NCBI GenBank assembly: GCA_900542005.1
Contig: UQLW01000004.1
Span: 44,361-108,360, forward strand
Reading direction: 5' to 3'
Source: an uncultured Eubacteriales bacterium
GTDB taxonomy: Bacteria; Bacillota; Clostridia; Christensenellales; UMGS416
DNA: 64,000 bases
Of this stretch, positions 26,294-34,089 are shown piece after piece (position 1 is the first letter of the stretch; every line of letters begins with the position of its first letter). Both the position numbers and the translations under genes were made by a program. Under the pieces are notes generated by a model, which worked only from the letters and a program-made list of their open reading frames with translations, had not been told where the DNA came from and searched no databases.

Positions 26294-27043
26294 ATGTACG
26301 TAGAAAAGTATTTCAGCGAGGTCCAGAAGGTCATGGACGAAGTCCTCAAGACCCAAAAGGACAAGATGGAGCAGGCTGCCGCCAAGCTGGTGGAAACCTG
26401 TGAGAAGGGCGGCCGTATCTTCTTCTTTGGCTGCACCCATGCCGGCATCCTCTCTCAGGAAGCCTTTTACCGCACCGGCGGCCTGGTGGTCGTCAACCCC
26501 ATCCTCCCGCCGGGACTGACCTGCGATGTCGTGCCGATCACCCTGACCAGCCAGATGGAACGCATCGACGGCTATGGCGCCAAGGTGGCCGACGCCGCCG
26601 GCATCGGCGCGGGCGATCTCGTCTTTATCCATTCGGTATCCGGCCGCAACGCTGTACCTGTGGACATGGCCATGCATGTGCGCGAGAAGGGCGCCTATGT
26701 AATCGCGATCACCTCGATCCAGTATTCCGAGGCTTCCAGCCCCCGTGCCAAGTGCGGCAAGCGCCTCTTTGAGGCCGCCGATCTGGTCATCGATAACTGC
26801 GGCACCTTTGGCGACGCGCTGGTGCAGGTCGGCGACTTCCCCCAGAAGGTGGCTCCCTCCTCCACGGTCGTGGGCTCCTCCATTGTGAACGCCATTGTGG
26901 CCGAGTCGGTCTACCTCTTCCTGGAGAAGGGCATTGAGCCTCCGGTCTTCATGAGCGCTAACATCGACGGCGGCGATGCCTACAACGCCAAGATGCTGGA
27001 GAAATACAGCGACAAGATCACCTATATGGGCTCCGCCAAATAA
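26294..27043 (+). CDS. SIS domain-containing protein (UPF0309-like sugar isomerase/binding)
   Basis: ...GGRIFFFGCTHAGILSQE...GDLVFIHSVSGRNAVPVDMA...GAYVIAITS... It starts 1 nt after the kinase stop. Confidence 0.85.
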   Translation: MYVEKYFSEVQKVMDEVLKTQKDKMEQAAAKLVETCEKGGRIFFFGCTHAGILSQEAFYRTGGLVVVNPILPPGLTCDVVPITLTSQMERIDGYGAKVADAAGIGAGDLVFIHSVSGRNAVPVDMAMHVREKGAYVIAITSIQYSEASSPRAKCGKRLFEAADLVIDNCGTFGDALVQVGDFPQKVAPSSTVVGSSIVNAIVAESVYLFLEKGIEPPVFMSANIDGGDAYNAKMLEKYSDKITYMGSAK

Positions 27044-27055
27044 AAGGCGCACCGC

Positions 27056-27085
27056 AAACCCGGCTAAACCAGCCGGGTTTTTTTA
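27056..27085 (+). terminator. rho-independent terminator
   Basis: AAACCCGGCT-aaacc-AGCCGGGTTT followed by TTTT. Confidence 0.8.
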
Positions 27086-27117
27086 TCCCGCTCTTGCTGG
27101 CAGCAAGAAAGCCATAG

Positions 27118-27294
27118 CCCATTCCGGAATACCTCAGGCTGGTCCTGCGGCGCTTTATGCCCGGGGATTACCCCGCCATGTTTTATGATTGCCGGAGCGG
27201 CTTTGACGTGTGGAAGATGGCCAACTATCCGCCCATACGAACCCTGGAGGATATGGGCCGTTCCGCCGGACTGTCCACCGCCGGAAGGTTTTGA
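27118..27294 (+). pseudogene. gene fragment ending in an AraC-like HTH start (tentative)
   Basis: A 58-codon open frame, ...FYDCRSGFDVWKMANYPPIRTLEDMGRSAGLSTAGRF*, stops exactly where GC-rich DNA changes to AT-rich DNA. It has no credible start or RBS. Confidence 0.3.
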
Positions 27295-27443
27295 TAGTAT
27301 CTCATAAGGAAGTAAGAAGATCCGATGCAGGAACCGGTGTGTTAAATCATGCCAGTTCTAATTGGTTTAGGGCATCCTTCCGATCTTCAAAGGAAGAGGA
27401 TTTATCCCGCTTAAGGAAAACTTCTCATATTGCTGAGAAAGTT

Positions 27444-27578
27444 TTAATACCGGCCACTAGACAGCTTGTCCAGCATATTTTCCTCATAGTATTCCATGCG
27501 TAGTGCTTCCGCAAGCCGACGCACAGGTTTCCGGCTGCCGCTTCCTGGCTCTCCACCCATCGCTATAATTTCATTCAT
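27444..27578 (-). pseudogene. N-terminal fragment of a cytidylate kinase-like (P-loop) family gene
   Basis: MNEIIAMGGEPGSGSRKPVRRLAEALRMEYYEENMLDKLSSGRY* matches the N-terminal consensus of the family (xIITIxRExGSGGRxIxxxLAxxLxxxYYD). It is truncated after 44 codons, and the P-loop is degenerate. Confidence 0.45.
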
Positions 27579-27594
27579 ATAAATCCTTCAATTC

Positions 27595-28932
27595 CTAATA
27601 TAGTAATTTGCCCTTTTGCTTCATTCTCCCATTTATGGTCGTTAAACAAATGACAGTAACAACCGTTACGATCAATTCTGTCAAAACAATTGCCCACCAA
27701 ATCCCGCTTAATCCAAGCCAAAGTGGAAGCAAATACAACAAAATTGCACTTATCACAACGCCTCTTAATAAAGTAAGTGCGGATGATATCCGAGTACGCA
27801 TAATGGACTGAAAGTAGAAAGTTGCCCAAATATTGATTCCCATGAACAGGAACGAAATAAAATAAGTTCTGACGATACCCGGTGCAGCCTTTAACACAGC
27901 AGGGGTTGTTTTGACAAAAAACTGTACGATCTGCGTCGGAAACAAAATGCCACCCAAAGTAAATACGATCCCCATTCCAAGAACAGTTCCTATGGAAATG
28001 CGCCGTATCTGTGAAATGCGCACCATTTGTCCCGCACCATAGTTGTTTGTGATGATCGGCTGTATCGCCTGCCCTACGCCTGTAAACATATGCTGAAACA
28101 TACCGGAACAGGAAAGCACAACACTAAAAACCGCCAAAGGCACCTCACCGCCGTATTGCATAATTTGATTATTCAGAATACAGGTTAGCACAATAAAGGC
28201 AAACTCCAATACAGACGCGCTAAAACCAGATGTAACGGTTTTCCATAGTGCATTTAATAATTTCCAGGGCTTTACCAACCGCAATTTGCATTTTTTAGTG
28301 AATAAGTAGGCACACAGGATTAAAGCTTGGATTACCGTCCCCCCGGCAGTAGCAATAGCCGCCCCCGCCATGCCCATGTTCATGGGGAATACCAAAAACC
28401 AATCTCCAAACACATTAAAAACACCGCCTGCGACCACGGCCCACATCGCAAAATTAGGCGCGCCATCGCAGCGCACCATACAGGCAAGATAAGCTGATAA
28501 GATAAAAAATGGAAAAGTCCAAATTATCCAATTTCCATATTCGAGCACAAGCGGCATGAGCGTTTCGTTTGCACCGAACAATGTAAATATCTCTTCCTTA
28601 AAAGCTGCAGTCAGCACCCATACGATAACGCTTAAAACGAGTGTCAATAAAAATGACGCAGTATAGTATGCATTTGCTTTTTCTGGTTCACCTTCGCCTT
28701 GAGCCTTTCCAAAGCGTACCGATCCGCCAATACCACCTAAAAAACCAAACAGGCTTGTAACCCCTAATATCGGGAACACAATAGCTCCTGCTGCCGCTCC
28801 ATTCGGCCCTACGCCCTGCCCAATTGCAACGGTATCAACAAAACTATAGATAGTCGTAACCATAGCCGAAAAAAGCGAGGGCCACAAAAATTTTGCATAC
28901 AGCGTGGTTACTTTTCCTTTCAGCAAATCCAT
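27595..28932 (-). CDS. MATE family efflux transporter
   Basis: 445 aa with 12 predicted TM segments. Starts MDLLKGKVTTLYAKFLWPSLFSAMVTTIYSFVDTVAIGQGVG... AT-rich codon usage. Confidence 0.9.
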   Translation of the reverse strand: MDLLKGKVTTLYAKFLWPSLFSAMVTTIYSFVDTVAIGQGVGPNGAAAGAIVFPILGVTSLFGFLGGIGGSVRFGKAQGEGEPEKANAYYTASFLLTLVLSVIVWVLTAAFKEEIFTLFGANETLMPLVLEYGNWIIWTFPFFILSAYLACMVRCDGAPNFAMWAVVAGGVFNVFGDWFLVFPMNMGMAGAAIATAGGTVIQALILCAYLFTKKCKLRLVKPWKLLNALWKTVTSGFSASVLEFAFIVLTCILNNQIMQYGGEVPLAVFSVVLSCSGMFQHMFTGVGQAIQPIITNNYGAGQMVRISQIRRISIGTVLGMGIVFTLGGILFPTQIVQFFVKTTPAVLKAAPGIVRTYFISFLFMGINIWATFYFQSIMRTRISSALTLLRGVVISAILLYLLPLWLGLSGIWWAIVLTELIVTVVTVICLTTINGRMKQKGKLLY

Positions 28933-28958
28933 AAACGCACTCTCCTATCGTCAGATTA

Positions 28959-29013
28959 TTGACTTTGGTCTCATATCTCTGTACTATAAAGTCTAATATG
29001 ATATGAGAGTCAA
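28959..29013. promoter_or_regulatory. palindromic face-to-face divergent promoters with MerR-type long spacers
   Basis: Minus strand: TTGACT (29013-29008), 19 nt spacer, TATAGT (28988-28983), reading towards MATE. Plus strand: TTGACT (28959-28964), 19/20 nt spacer, CTATAA/TATAAA (28984-28990), reading towards merR. A 9-bp inverted repeat TCTCATATC (28969-28977) / GATATGAGA (29000-29008) is centred on the overlapping -10 boxes. Confidence 0.55.
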
Positions 29014-29030
29014 GAGAGGAAAGAAGAATT

Positions 29031-29828
29031 TTGGATAGAAAGAGTTTGTTCTCAATCGGCAAACTTTCAAGGCTGACAGGTGTTCACATACAATCTCTGC
29101 GGTATTATGAAGAGTTGGGAATATTAAAGCCCGCATATGTCGATCCTGATAGTTTATATCGATACTACACTTTTGCACATATGCGAATAGTGGAGGCAAT
29201 CCAATACTGTGCTGACTTAGATATACCCCTTAAGCGGTTTAAGGATTTTATTTTGGAAAAAGAAGAGGAGATAGACTATGCAAAGCTAATCACATATGGG
29301 AAGGAAATCACCTATCAAAAAATGCGGCGGCTGGAAACCCGGCTTCAATTTCTGGAGAGTGTGCAAGAAGAAATCGATCATGCGGAAACCTGCTATTCTA
29401 AACAAGCTCTTTCCTGCCATATGAAAGAAAAGGTTTGTTGGACAATGCCATATAACGGGACACAATCCAGTCCTGATTTCCATTCTGCAATATACCGCCT
29501 AATCTTGGACATAGAAAACAATGGTTTTCACGCCGGCTATAATCATGGACAATTCCTATTGTGTAAGGGAGATCGTCAAGAGTCCTATATTTTTATTGAT
29601 CTTCGAGACACAAACAAGTCATTTGAAAGTTACCCGCAAATCGTACACCTTCCAGCCGGTGAATACTTGTGCATGGTATCAAGGGAAAGTCAAATTGAAA
29701 AAGCGCCCGAAATTTTCCCGGATTTGTTTGCAATTCAATACGATAAAATTGTTATATCAGTTGAAATGTTCACCGAAAAAGTGAATTATTCATCTCCTAT
29801 ATATGAAATCCGCTGTTTGCTTCCCTAA
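29031..29828 (+). CDS. MerR family transcriptional regulator with C-terminal GyrI-like effector-binding domain (BmrR-type)
   Basis: TTG start. ...FSIGKLSRLTGVHIQSLRYYEELGILKPAYVDPDSLYRYYTFAHMRIVEAIQY..., then a coiled coil and a ~150-aa ligand-binding-type domain. Confidence 0.9.
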   Translation: MDRKSLFSIGKLSRLTGVHIQSLRYYEELGILKPAYVDPDSLYRYYTFAHMRIVEAIQYCADLDIPLKRFKDFILEKEEEIDYAKLITYGKEITYQKMRRLETRLQFLESVQEEIDHAETCYSKQALSCHMKEKVCWTMPYNGTQSSPDFHSAIYRLILDIENNGFHAGYNHGQFLLCKGDRQESYIFIDLRDTNKSFESYPQIVHLPAGEYLCMVSRESQIEKAPEIFPDLFAIQYDKIVISVEMFTEKVNYSSPIYEIRCLLP

Positions 29829-30024
29829 AACGATTGTATGGAACTTCTTTATAACTTGATAACCAGTTTAACTATTTATGTATTTCAATTTTATGGAAGA
29901 GTAATCCTAGCCATAACGCTTGTTGATGGAATAATCCCTAAGCTCCGAAGACCGCCATCTTCGGTAGCGGCTGCGCGCCCTCTAAACGTTATAAAATTTC
30001 ATAACAAAAATTCTTTTTCTACGA

Positions 30025-30071
30025 AAAAAGCTCCATGTAAATGGTTTATCCATTCACATGGAGTTTTCTTA
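30025..30071 (+). terminator. rho-independent terminator
   Basis: CTCCATGT (30031-30038) pairs with ACATGGAG (30056-30063), followed by TTTTCTT. Confidence 0.7.
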
Positions 30072-30184
30072 TTTCCCATTTATTTGGCATAGGCCAGCTT
30101 TTTTGCGATACCCCATTATGTTGCATTTTCTTCCGGCGTTTTCACATCCCTACGCCCTTTAGCCCCTGCTCGCCTCATGGCCGT

Positions 30185-30925
30185 CTATATGGCAGAAAGC
30201 GCCTGTATAAATTCACTCCATGACCGAATTTGCAAGTGATCAAAGGGTATGGTCAAGCCATCGTTCCGGTGATCCTCCGATCGCTTGGCGTCCGCAGCCT
30301 CGCCCGCATAAAACACGGGGAAAATCCCCGCCCCATGGGCGCCAAAGATGTCGGCGCTGATGCTGTCGCCGCAGTACCACACCTTGTCCGCGCTGCATCC
30401 GGATTTGCGCAGCGCTATCTCAAACAGCCGTTTATCGGGCTTACGGACAAGATAATCGCAGGAGCTCATCACAAACTCAAACCCATGGCGGGGAAAAAGC
30501 CTGGCCAGCCGCTGCTTGAGCGCCTCGCTGGACCAGCCGTTATTGCTGAGCACCGCCGTCCGTATCCCCCTATCCTTCAGCGCATCCAGCATGCAGTCCG
30601 CATCCGCCATCTGCCTGCCCGGCGACGCCGCCGTCCAAAATGTCATCTCCTGCTCCAGCGGTGTCAGTGAGAACTGAATGCCCAGGCGTTCATATGCAAG
30701 GCGGTTAGCCGTTATGCAGGGGATATCACATCCCGCCGTTTTTCGTATTTGCTCCACGATCGAATAGGCCCGATCGATCTCTTGGCGAATCTGGGCCAGG
30801 GTACACCCTTCCGGTATGCGCACAGCATGCTTAAGCAGCGCTTTCTCGCCGCGCAGCGGATCCCAGTCCGGATCGTATGCAAGGGTATGCCCATAGTCAA
30901 ATATTACCATCTCCGGCTTTTTCAT
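30185..30925 (-). CDS. HAD family hydrolase
   Basis: ...MVIFDYGHTL... (DxD-type motif I variant), ...VLSNNG..., ...RKPDKRLFE..., ...WYCGDSISADI... The start may be ATG 30925 or GTG 30934. Confidence 0.85.
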   Translation of the reverse strand: MKKPEMVIFDYGHTLAYDPDWDPLRGEKALLKHAVRIPEGCTLAQIRQEIDRAYSIVEQIRKTAGCDIPCITANRLAYERLGIQFSLTPLEQEMTFWTAASPGRQMADADCMLDALKDRGIRTAVLSNNGWSSEALKQRLARLFPRHGFEFVMSSCDYLVRKPDKRLFEIALRKSGCSADKVWYCGDSISADIFGAHGAGIFPVFYAGEAADAKRSEDHRNDGLTIPFDHLQIRSWSEFIQALSAI

Positions 30926-30983
30926 GGCTAACACTCACTCCCGCCCTAGTCCGCCGTACCGCCCTTGCCTGGGAGGCCGCGGC

Positions 30984-32081
30984 CTAGCGGCTCTTGCCCC
31001 GGCCGGGCACTTCCATGGGCTCAAGCGTCCCGTCGGCCCGCTTGAGCACCACCTCATCCATCAGGTTCACGCAGGTGCAGATATGGTTAGGGATAAAGTA
31101 GAAGATCTCGCCGACGGCCGGATCCTCGCCGGGCGCCAGATCGGCCATGCCGTGCTCCTCGGAAAGGCGGGTCAGCCGAATGCCCGGATGGCCCACGCAG
31201 ATACCGTAACGATCGAACCCATAGGGCTCGGTATGCAGGGGTGCATCGGCGGCGAATACCTTCACCCCGCCGTCCACAATGGCCAGATCCGGCCCCGGCC
31301 GGGAGACCACCGTCACCGCCAGGAGGGCGGAGCATTCCGCCTCGCCGCACAGGCCATATTTTATCTGCATCGCGTCGTTATACACATAGGTGCCGGGGCG
31401 CACCTCGGTCACGCCCGGTACCGCCGCGCAGGGCAGGGCCGTCGGCGTGGAGCCCACGCTGACCTCCCGGATCTCCACACCCCGCTCCCGCAGCCGCTGG
31501 GCCAGGGACGCCATCAGCTCGCCCTCCTGCCGGCCCGCCGCCTCCAGGTCATGGGTGGGCCTGCCGGAGAGCAGCGCGCCCCGGAAGGTAAAAATACCCG
31601 TTACGCGCAGCCCAGGCAGCGCGGCAATCGCGCAAATCGCCTCCTCCGCCCGGTCATAGCGGATACCCGTGCGGCGCATGCCGGTATCCACCTCGCAGCG
31701 CAGCTCCAGGACAAGGCCTGCCTCCACCGCAGCCCTGGACAGGGCCTGCGCCCCGGCCAGGGAGTCGGCAGCGGCGATGAACCGCTTCACCCGGCGGGAC
31801 AGGGCCAGCGCCCGGCGGATTTTATCCTCCCCGATTAGCGGATAGGCCATGAAGATATCCTCCAGCCCGCCATCGGCCATGACCTCAGCCTCGCCCAGCT
31901 TGGCGACCGTGATACCCGCGGCCCCCGCCTGCACCTGCAGCCGGGCCCAATAGGGCGATTTGTGGGTCTTGATATGGGGCCGCATGGCGCAGCCCGTGGC
32001 GGCAATGCGGCGGGCCATCGTCTCAATGTTGGCCCGGGTTTTCTCTTCGTCCACCACCAGGCAGGGCGTATTGATCGTCAT
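30984..32081 (-). CDS. D-TA/DSD1 family PLP-dependent enzyme (alanine racemase N-terminal-like fold; D-threonine aldolase / D-serine dehydratase-like)
   Basis: ...MRPHIKTHKSP... (PLP lysine context), ...EVDTGMRRTG..., ...VRPGTYVYND... ATG 32081 lies 13 nt after the galT stop. Confidence 0.85.
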   Translation of the reverse strand: MTINTPCLVVDEEKTRANIETMARRIAATGCAMRPHIKTHKSPYWARLQVQAGAAGITVAKLGEAEVMADGGLEDIFMAYPLIGEDKIRRALALSRRVKRFIAAADSLAGAQALSRAAVEAGLVLELRCEVDTGMRRTGIRYDRAEEAICAIAALPGLRVTGIFTFRGALLSGRPTHDLEAAGRQEGELMASLAQRLRERGVEIREVSVGSTPTALPCAAVPGVTEVRPGTYVYNDAMQIKYGLCGEAECSALLAVTVVSRPGPDLAIVDGGVKVFAADAPLHTEPYGFDRYGICVGHPGIRLTRLSEEHGMADLAPGEDPAVGEIFYFIPNHICTCVNLMDEVVLKRADGTLEPMEVPGRGKSR

Positions 32082-32094
32082 CCTAAGCTTCCCC

Positions 32095-33624
32095 CTAAAA
32101 TGCGGCGCCGCAGGCGGCCAGGTAGTCCCGCAGCCCTTGCTGCCCATCGTCGTCCTCCTTGAATACTGCGCAGTCCTTCAGCACCTGCACACAGATATCA
32201 CCCACCTCCCGGCGGATCTCAGCCCGGGCCTGCTCCAGCGCCGGCGCGGGCCGCTCCATCAGCGTCCGCATCCAGGGCAGATGCTTATTCAGCGGGTGAT
32301 CGGCGCTTTCAATGTCGCTGGGCATGGCCTCCAGCCCCGCCCAGATCCGCGCCACGGCCTCCAGCTCCTTCTCCAGGCGCCCCGGCAGGATGAACAGGCC
32401 CATCACCTCAATCAGGCCGATATTCTCCTTTTTGATGTGGTGCAGCTGCGGATGGGGATGGTAGAGCCCCAGGGGATATTGCTCGCTGGTTACATTATTG
32501 CGCAGTACCAGGTCCATTTCATAGATCGCGCCCCGCCGCCGCAGGATGGGTGTGAAGGTGTTGTGGGGCGTGCCGTCGGGATCCTGGGCCAGGATATCCC
32601 GGTCCGGGTCCGAATAGCGCCACCAGGCCTCGTGCAGGTGGTCGGCCGCATCCAGCAGCCGGCTCCGGTCAGCCGTCGACAGGCGCATCACCGTCATGGG
32701 CCAATCCAGCACCGCCCCATGGATGTCCGGATACTCCCTCAGGGTAAAGGAAAACTTTTCCAGCGCCCTGGCCATGGGCAGCTCAAAGCGGCCGCCCTGG
32801 AAATGGTCATGGTTCAGGATCGAGCCGCCGACAACCGGCAAGCCCGCGTTGGAGCCGATAAAGTAATGGGGAAATTGGTCAGAGAAGTCCAGCAGCCGGT
32901 TAAAGGAGGCGCGGCACACCTTCATGGGCACATGCTCGCCCTTGAACACGATGCAATGCTCCGGATAATAGACATAGGGCGAATATTGGAAATACCACTG
33001 TTCGCCGCCCAGGGCGACAGGGATGATCCGAAGGCTCTGGCGGGCCGGGAAGTTCAGCCGTCCGGCATAGCCCTCGTTTTCCTGGCAGAGCATGCAGGCC
33101 GGATAGCCCGAGGCCGGGGCGTTTTTCAGCTTGGCGATCTCCTTGGGGTCCTTCTCCGGCTTGGAAAGGTTAATGGTGATGGTCAGCTCGCCATAGGGGC
33201 TTTCATGCTGCCAGGCGATATTGCGGGCAATCTGGTCCACCCGGATATAATTGCCGGCGCGGCACAGCCCATAGAACCAATCGGTGGCCGCTTGGATCCC
33301 CTCCGTATCCCGCAGATCAAAGAACTGGCGGCGGATCTGGGAGGGCCGGGGCAGCAGCGCGCCCATCAACCGGGTATCGTACAGCTCCCGCTCGGTCTGC
33401 GTGTCGCCTACCAGGCCGCGGGCCACAGCGTCATCCACCAGCGGCTTGAGAATGGAGGTAGCTGTCTCCGGCAGGGGGCCGGAGGGCTTTTCCTCCCCCG
33501 GCGCATCCAGCCCCAGGATATCCAGCAGCTGATTGCGGGCAAAGACCACGTCCGCTTCGTCCAGCAGCCCCCTTGCCTGGCCGAACCGCAGCAATTCTTC
33601 CAGATAATAGGTGACAGACATCAT
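32095..33624 (-). CDS. galT: UDP-glucose--hexose-1-phosphate uridylyltransferase (type 2 GalT)
   Basis: ~509 aa with ...GSILNHDHFQGGRFELPM... and the ...YYPEHCIVFKGEH... pattern typical of Firmicute GalT. The start is at ATG 33624 or 33621. Confidence 0.9.
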   Translation of the reverse strand: MMSVTYYLEELLRFGQARGLLDEADVVFARNQLLDILGLDAPGEEKPSGPLPETATSILKPLVDDAVARGLVGDTQTERELYDTRLMGALLPRPSQIRRQFFDLRDTEGIQAATDWFYGLCRAGNYIRVDQIARNIAWQHESPYGELTITINLSKPEKDPKEIAKLKNAPASGYPACMLCQENEGYAGRLNFPARQSLRIIPVALGGEQWYFQYSPYVYYPEHCIVFKGEHVPMKVCRASFNRLLDFSDQFPHYFIGSNAGLPVVGGSILNHDHFQGGRFELPMARALEKFSFTLREYPDIHGAVLDWPMTVMRLSTADRSRLLDAADHLHEAWWRYSDPDRDILAQDPDGTPHNTFTPILRRRGAIYEMDLVLRNNVTSEQYPLGLYHPHPQLHHIKKENIGLIEVMGLFILPGRLEKELEAVARIWAGLEAMPSDIESADHPLNKHLPWMRTLMERPAPALEQARAEIRREVGDICVQVLKDCAVFKEDDDGQQGLRDYLAACGAAF

Positions 33625-33736
33625 AATATCTCTTCCTTTCCCCACTATAATTTGCTATACTATGATTATAGCTTAAATTCTAACGCATGAAAAGAACCGA
33701 TAGAGCCGGCAAAATGATTTAAGCAAAAAAATGCAA

Positions 33737-33766
33737 TTGACATTGATCATGGGTATAGCGTATAAT
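33737..33766 (+). promoter_or_regulatory. sigma-70-type promoter for rpsU
   Basis: TTGACA (33737-33742), 18 nt spacer, TATAAT (33761-33766). Confidence 0.6.
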
Positions 33767-33832
33767 GCATTATGTTGCCTGATGCTATGTCCCATCAGTC
33801 AATAAACCTTCAATTGAAGGGGGGGTAAGGAC

Positions 33833-34018
33833 ATGTCTGAGGTCCGCGTTGGAGAAAATGAATCCTTGGAGAGCGCTCTGAAGCGTTTCAAGCGCAAGTG
33901 TGCTCGTTCCGGCGATCTGGCTGAGGTACGTAAGCGCGAGCATTACGAAAAGCCCAGCGTGAAGCGTCGTAAGAAGCAGGAAGCAGCCCGCCGCAAGCGC
34001 AGCCGCAAGTCCATGTAA
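33833..34018 (+). CDS. rpsU: 30S ribosomal protein S21
   Basis: [55 protein letters not shown]... Confidence 0.95.
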   Translation: MSEVRVGENESLESALKRFKRKCARSGDLAEVRKREHYEKPSVKRRKKQEAARRKRSRKSM

Positions 34019-34034
34019 GGAAACACAGCGAATG

Positions 34035-34061
34035 GCCCGGTAGATCACTACCGGGCTTTTT
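34035..34061 (+). terminator. rho-independent terminator
   Basis: GCCCGGTAG-atca-CTACCGGGC followed by TTTTT. A second GC hairpin with a T-run lies at 34069-34092. Confidence 0.8.
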
Positions 34062-34089
34062 CCTGTTCGGGGCAAAGGCCCCGCTTTTT

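Larger units (their letters stand above)
27295..30184. other. low-GC insertion (putative horizontally acquired MATE/MerR cassette); no mobility gene seen
   Basis: Hand counts of G+C per 60 nt: 22 at 27601-27660 and 24 at 29401-29460, against 35 at 26401-26460 and 41 at 30481-30540. Gene fragments lie at the left side. Confidence 0.65.

Noticed and set aside
31960-33690. 576-aa plus-strand ORF antisense to galT
   Set aside because: galT on the opposite strand has diagnostic motifs (HDHFQGG). The antisense product is a low-complexity Gly/Arg/Pro/Gln-rich sequence.
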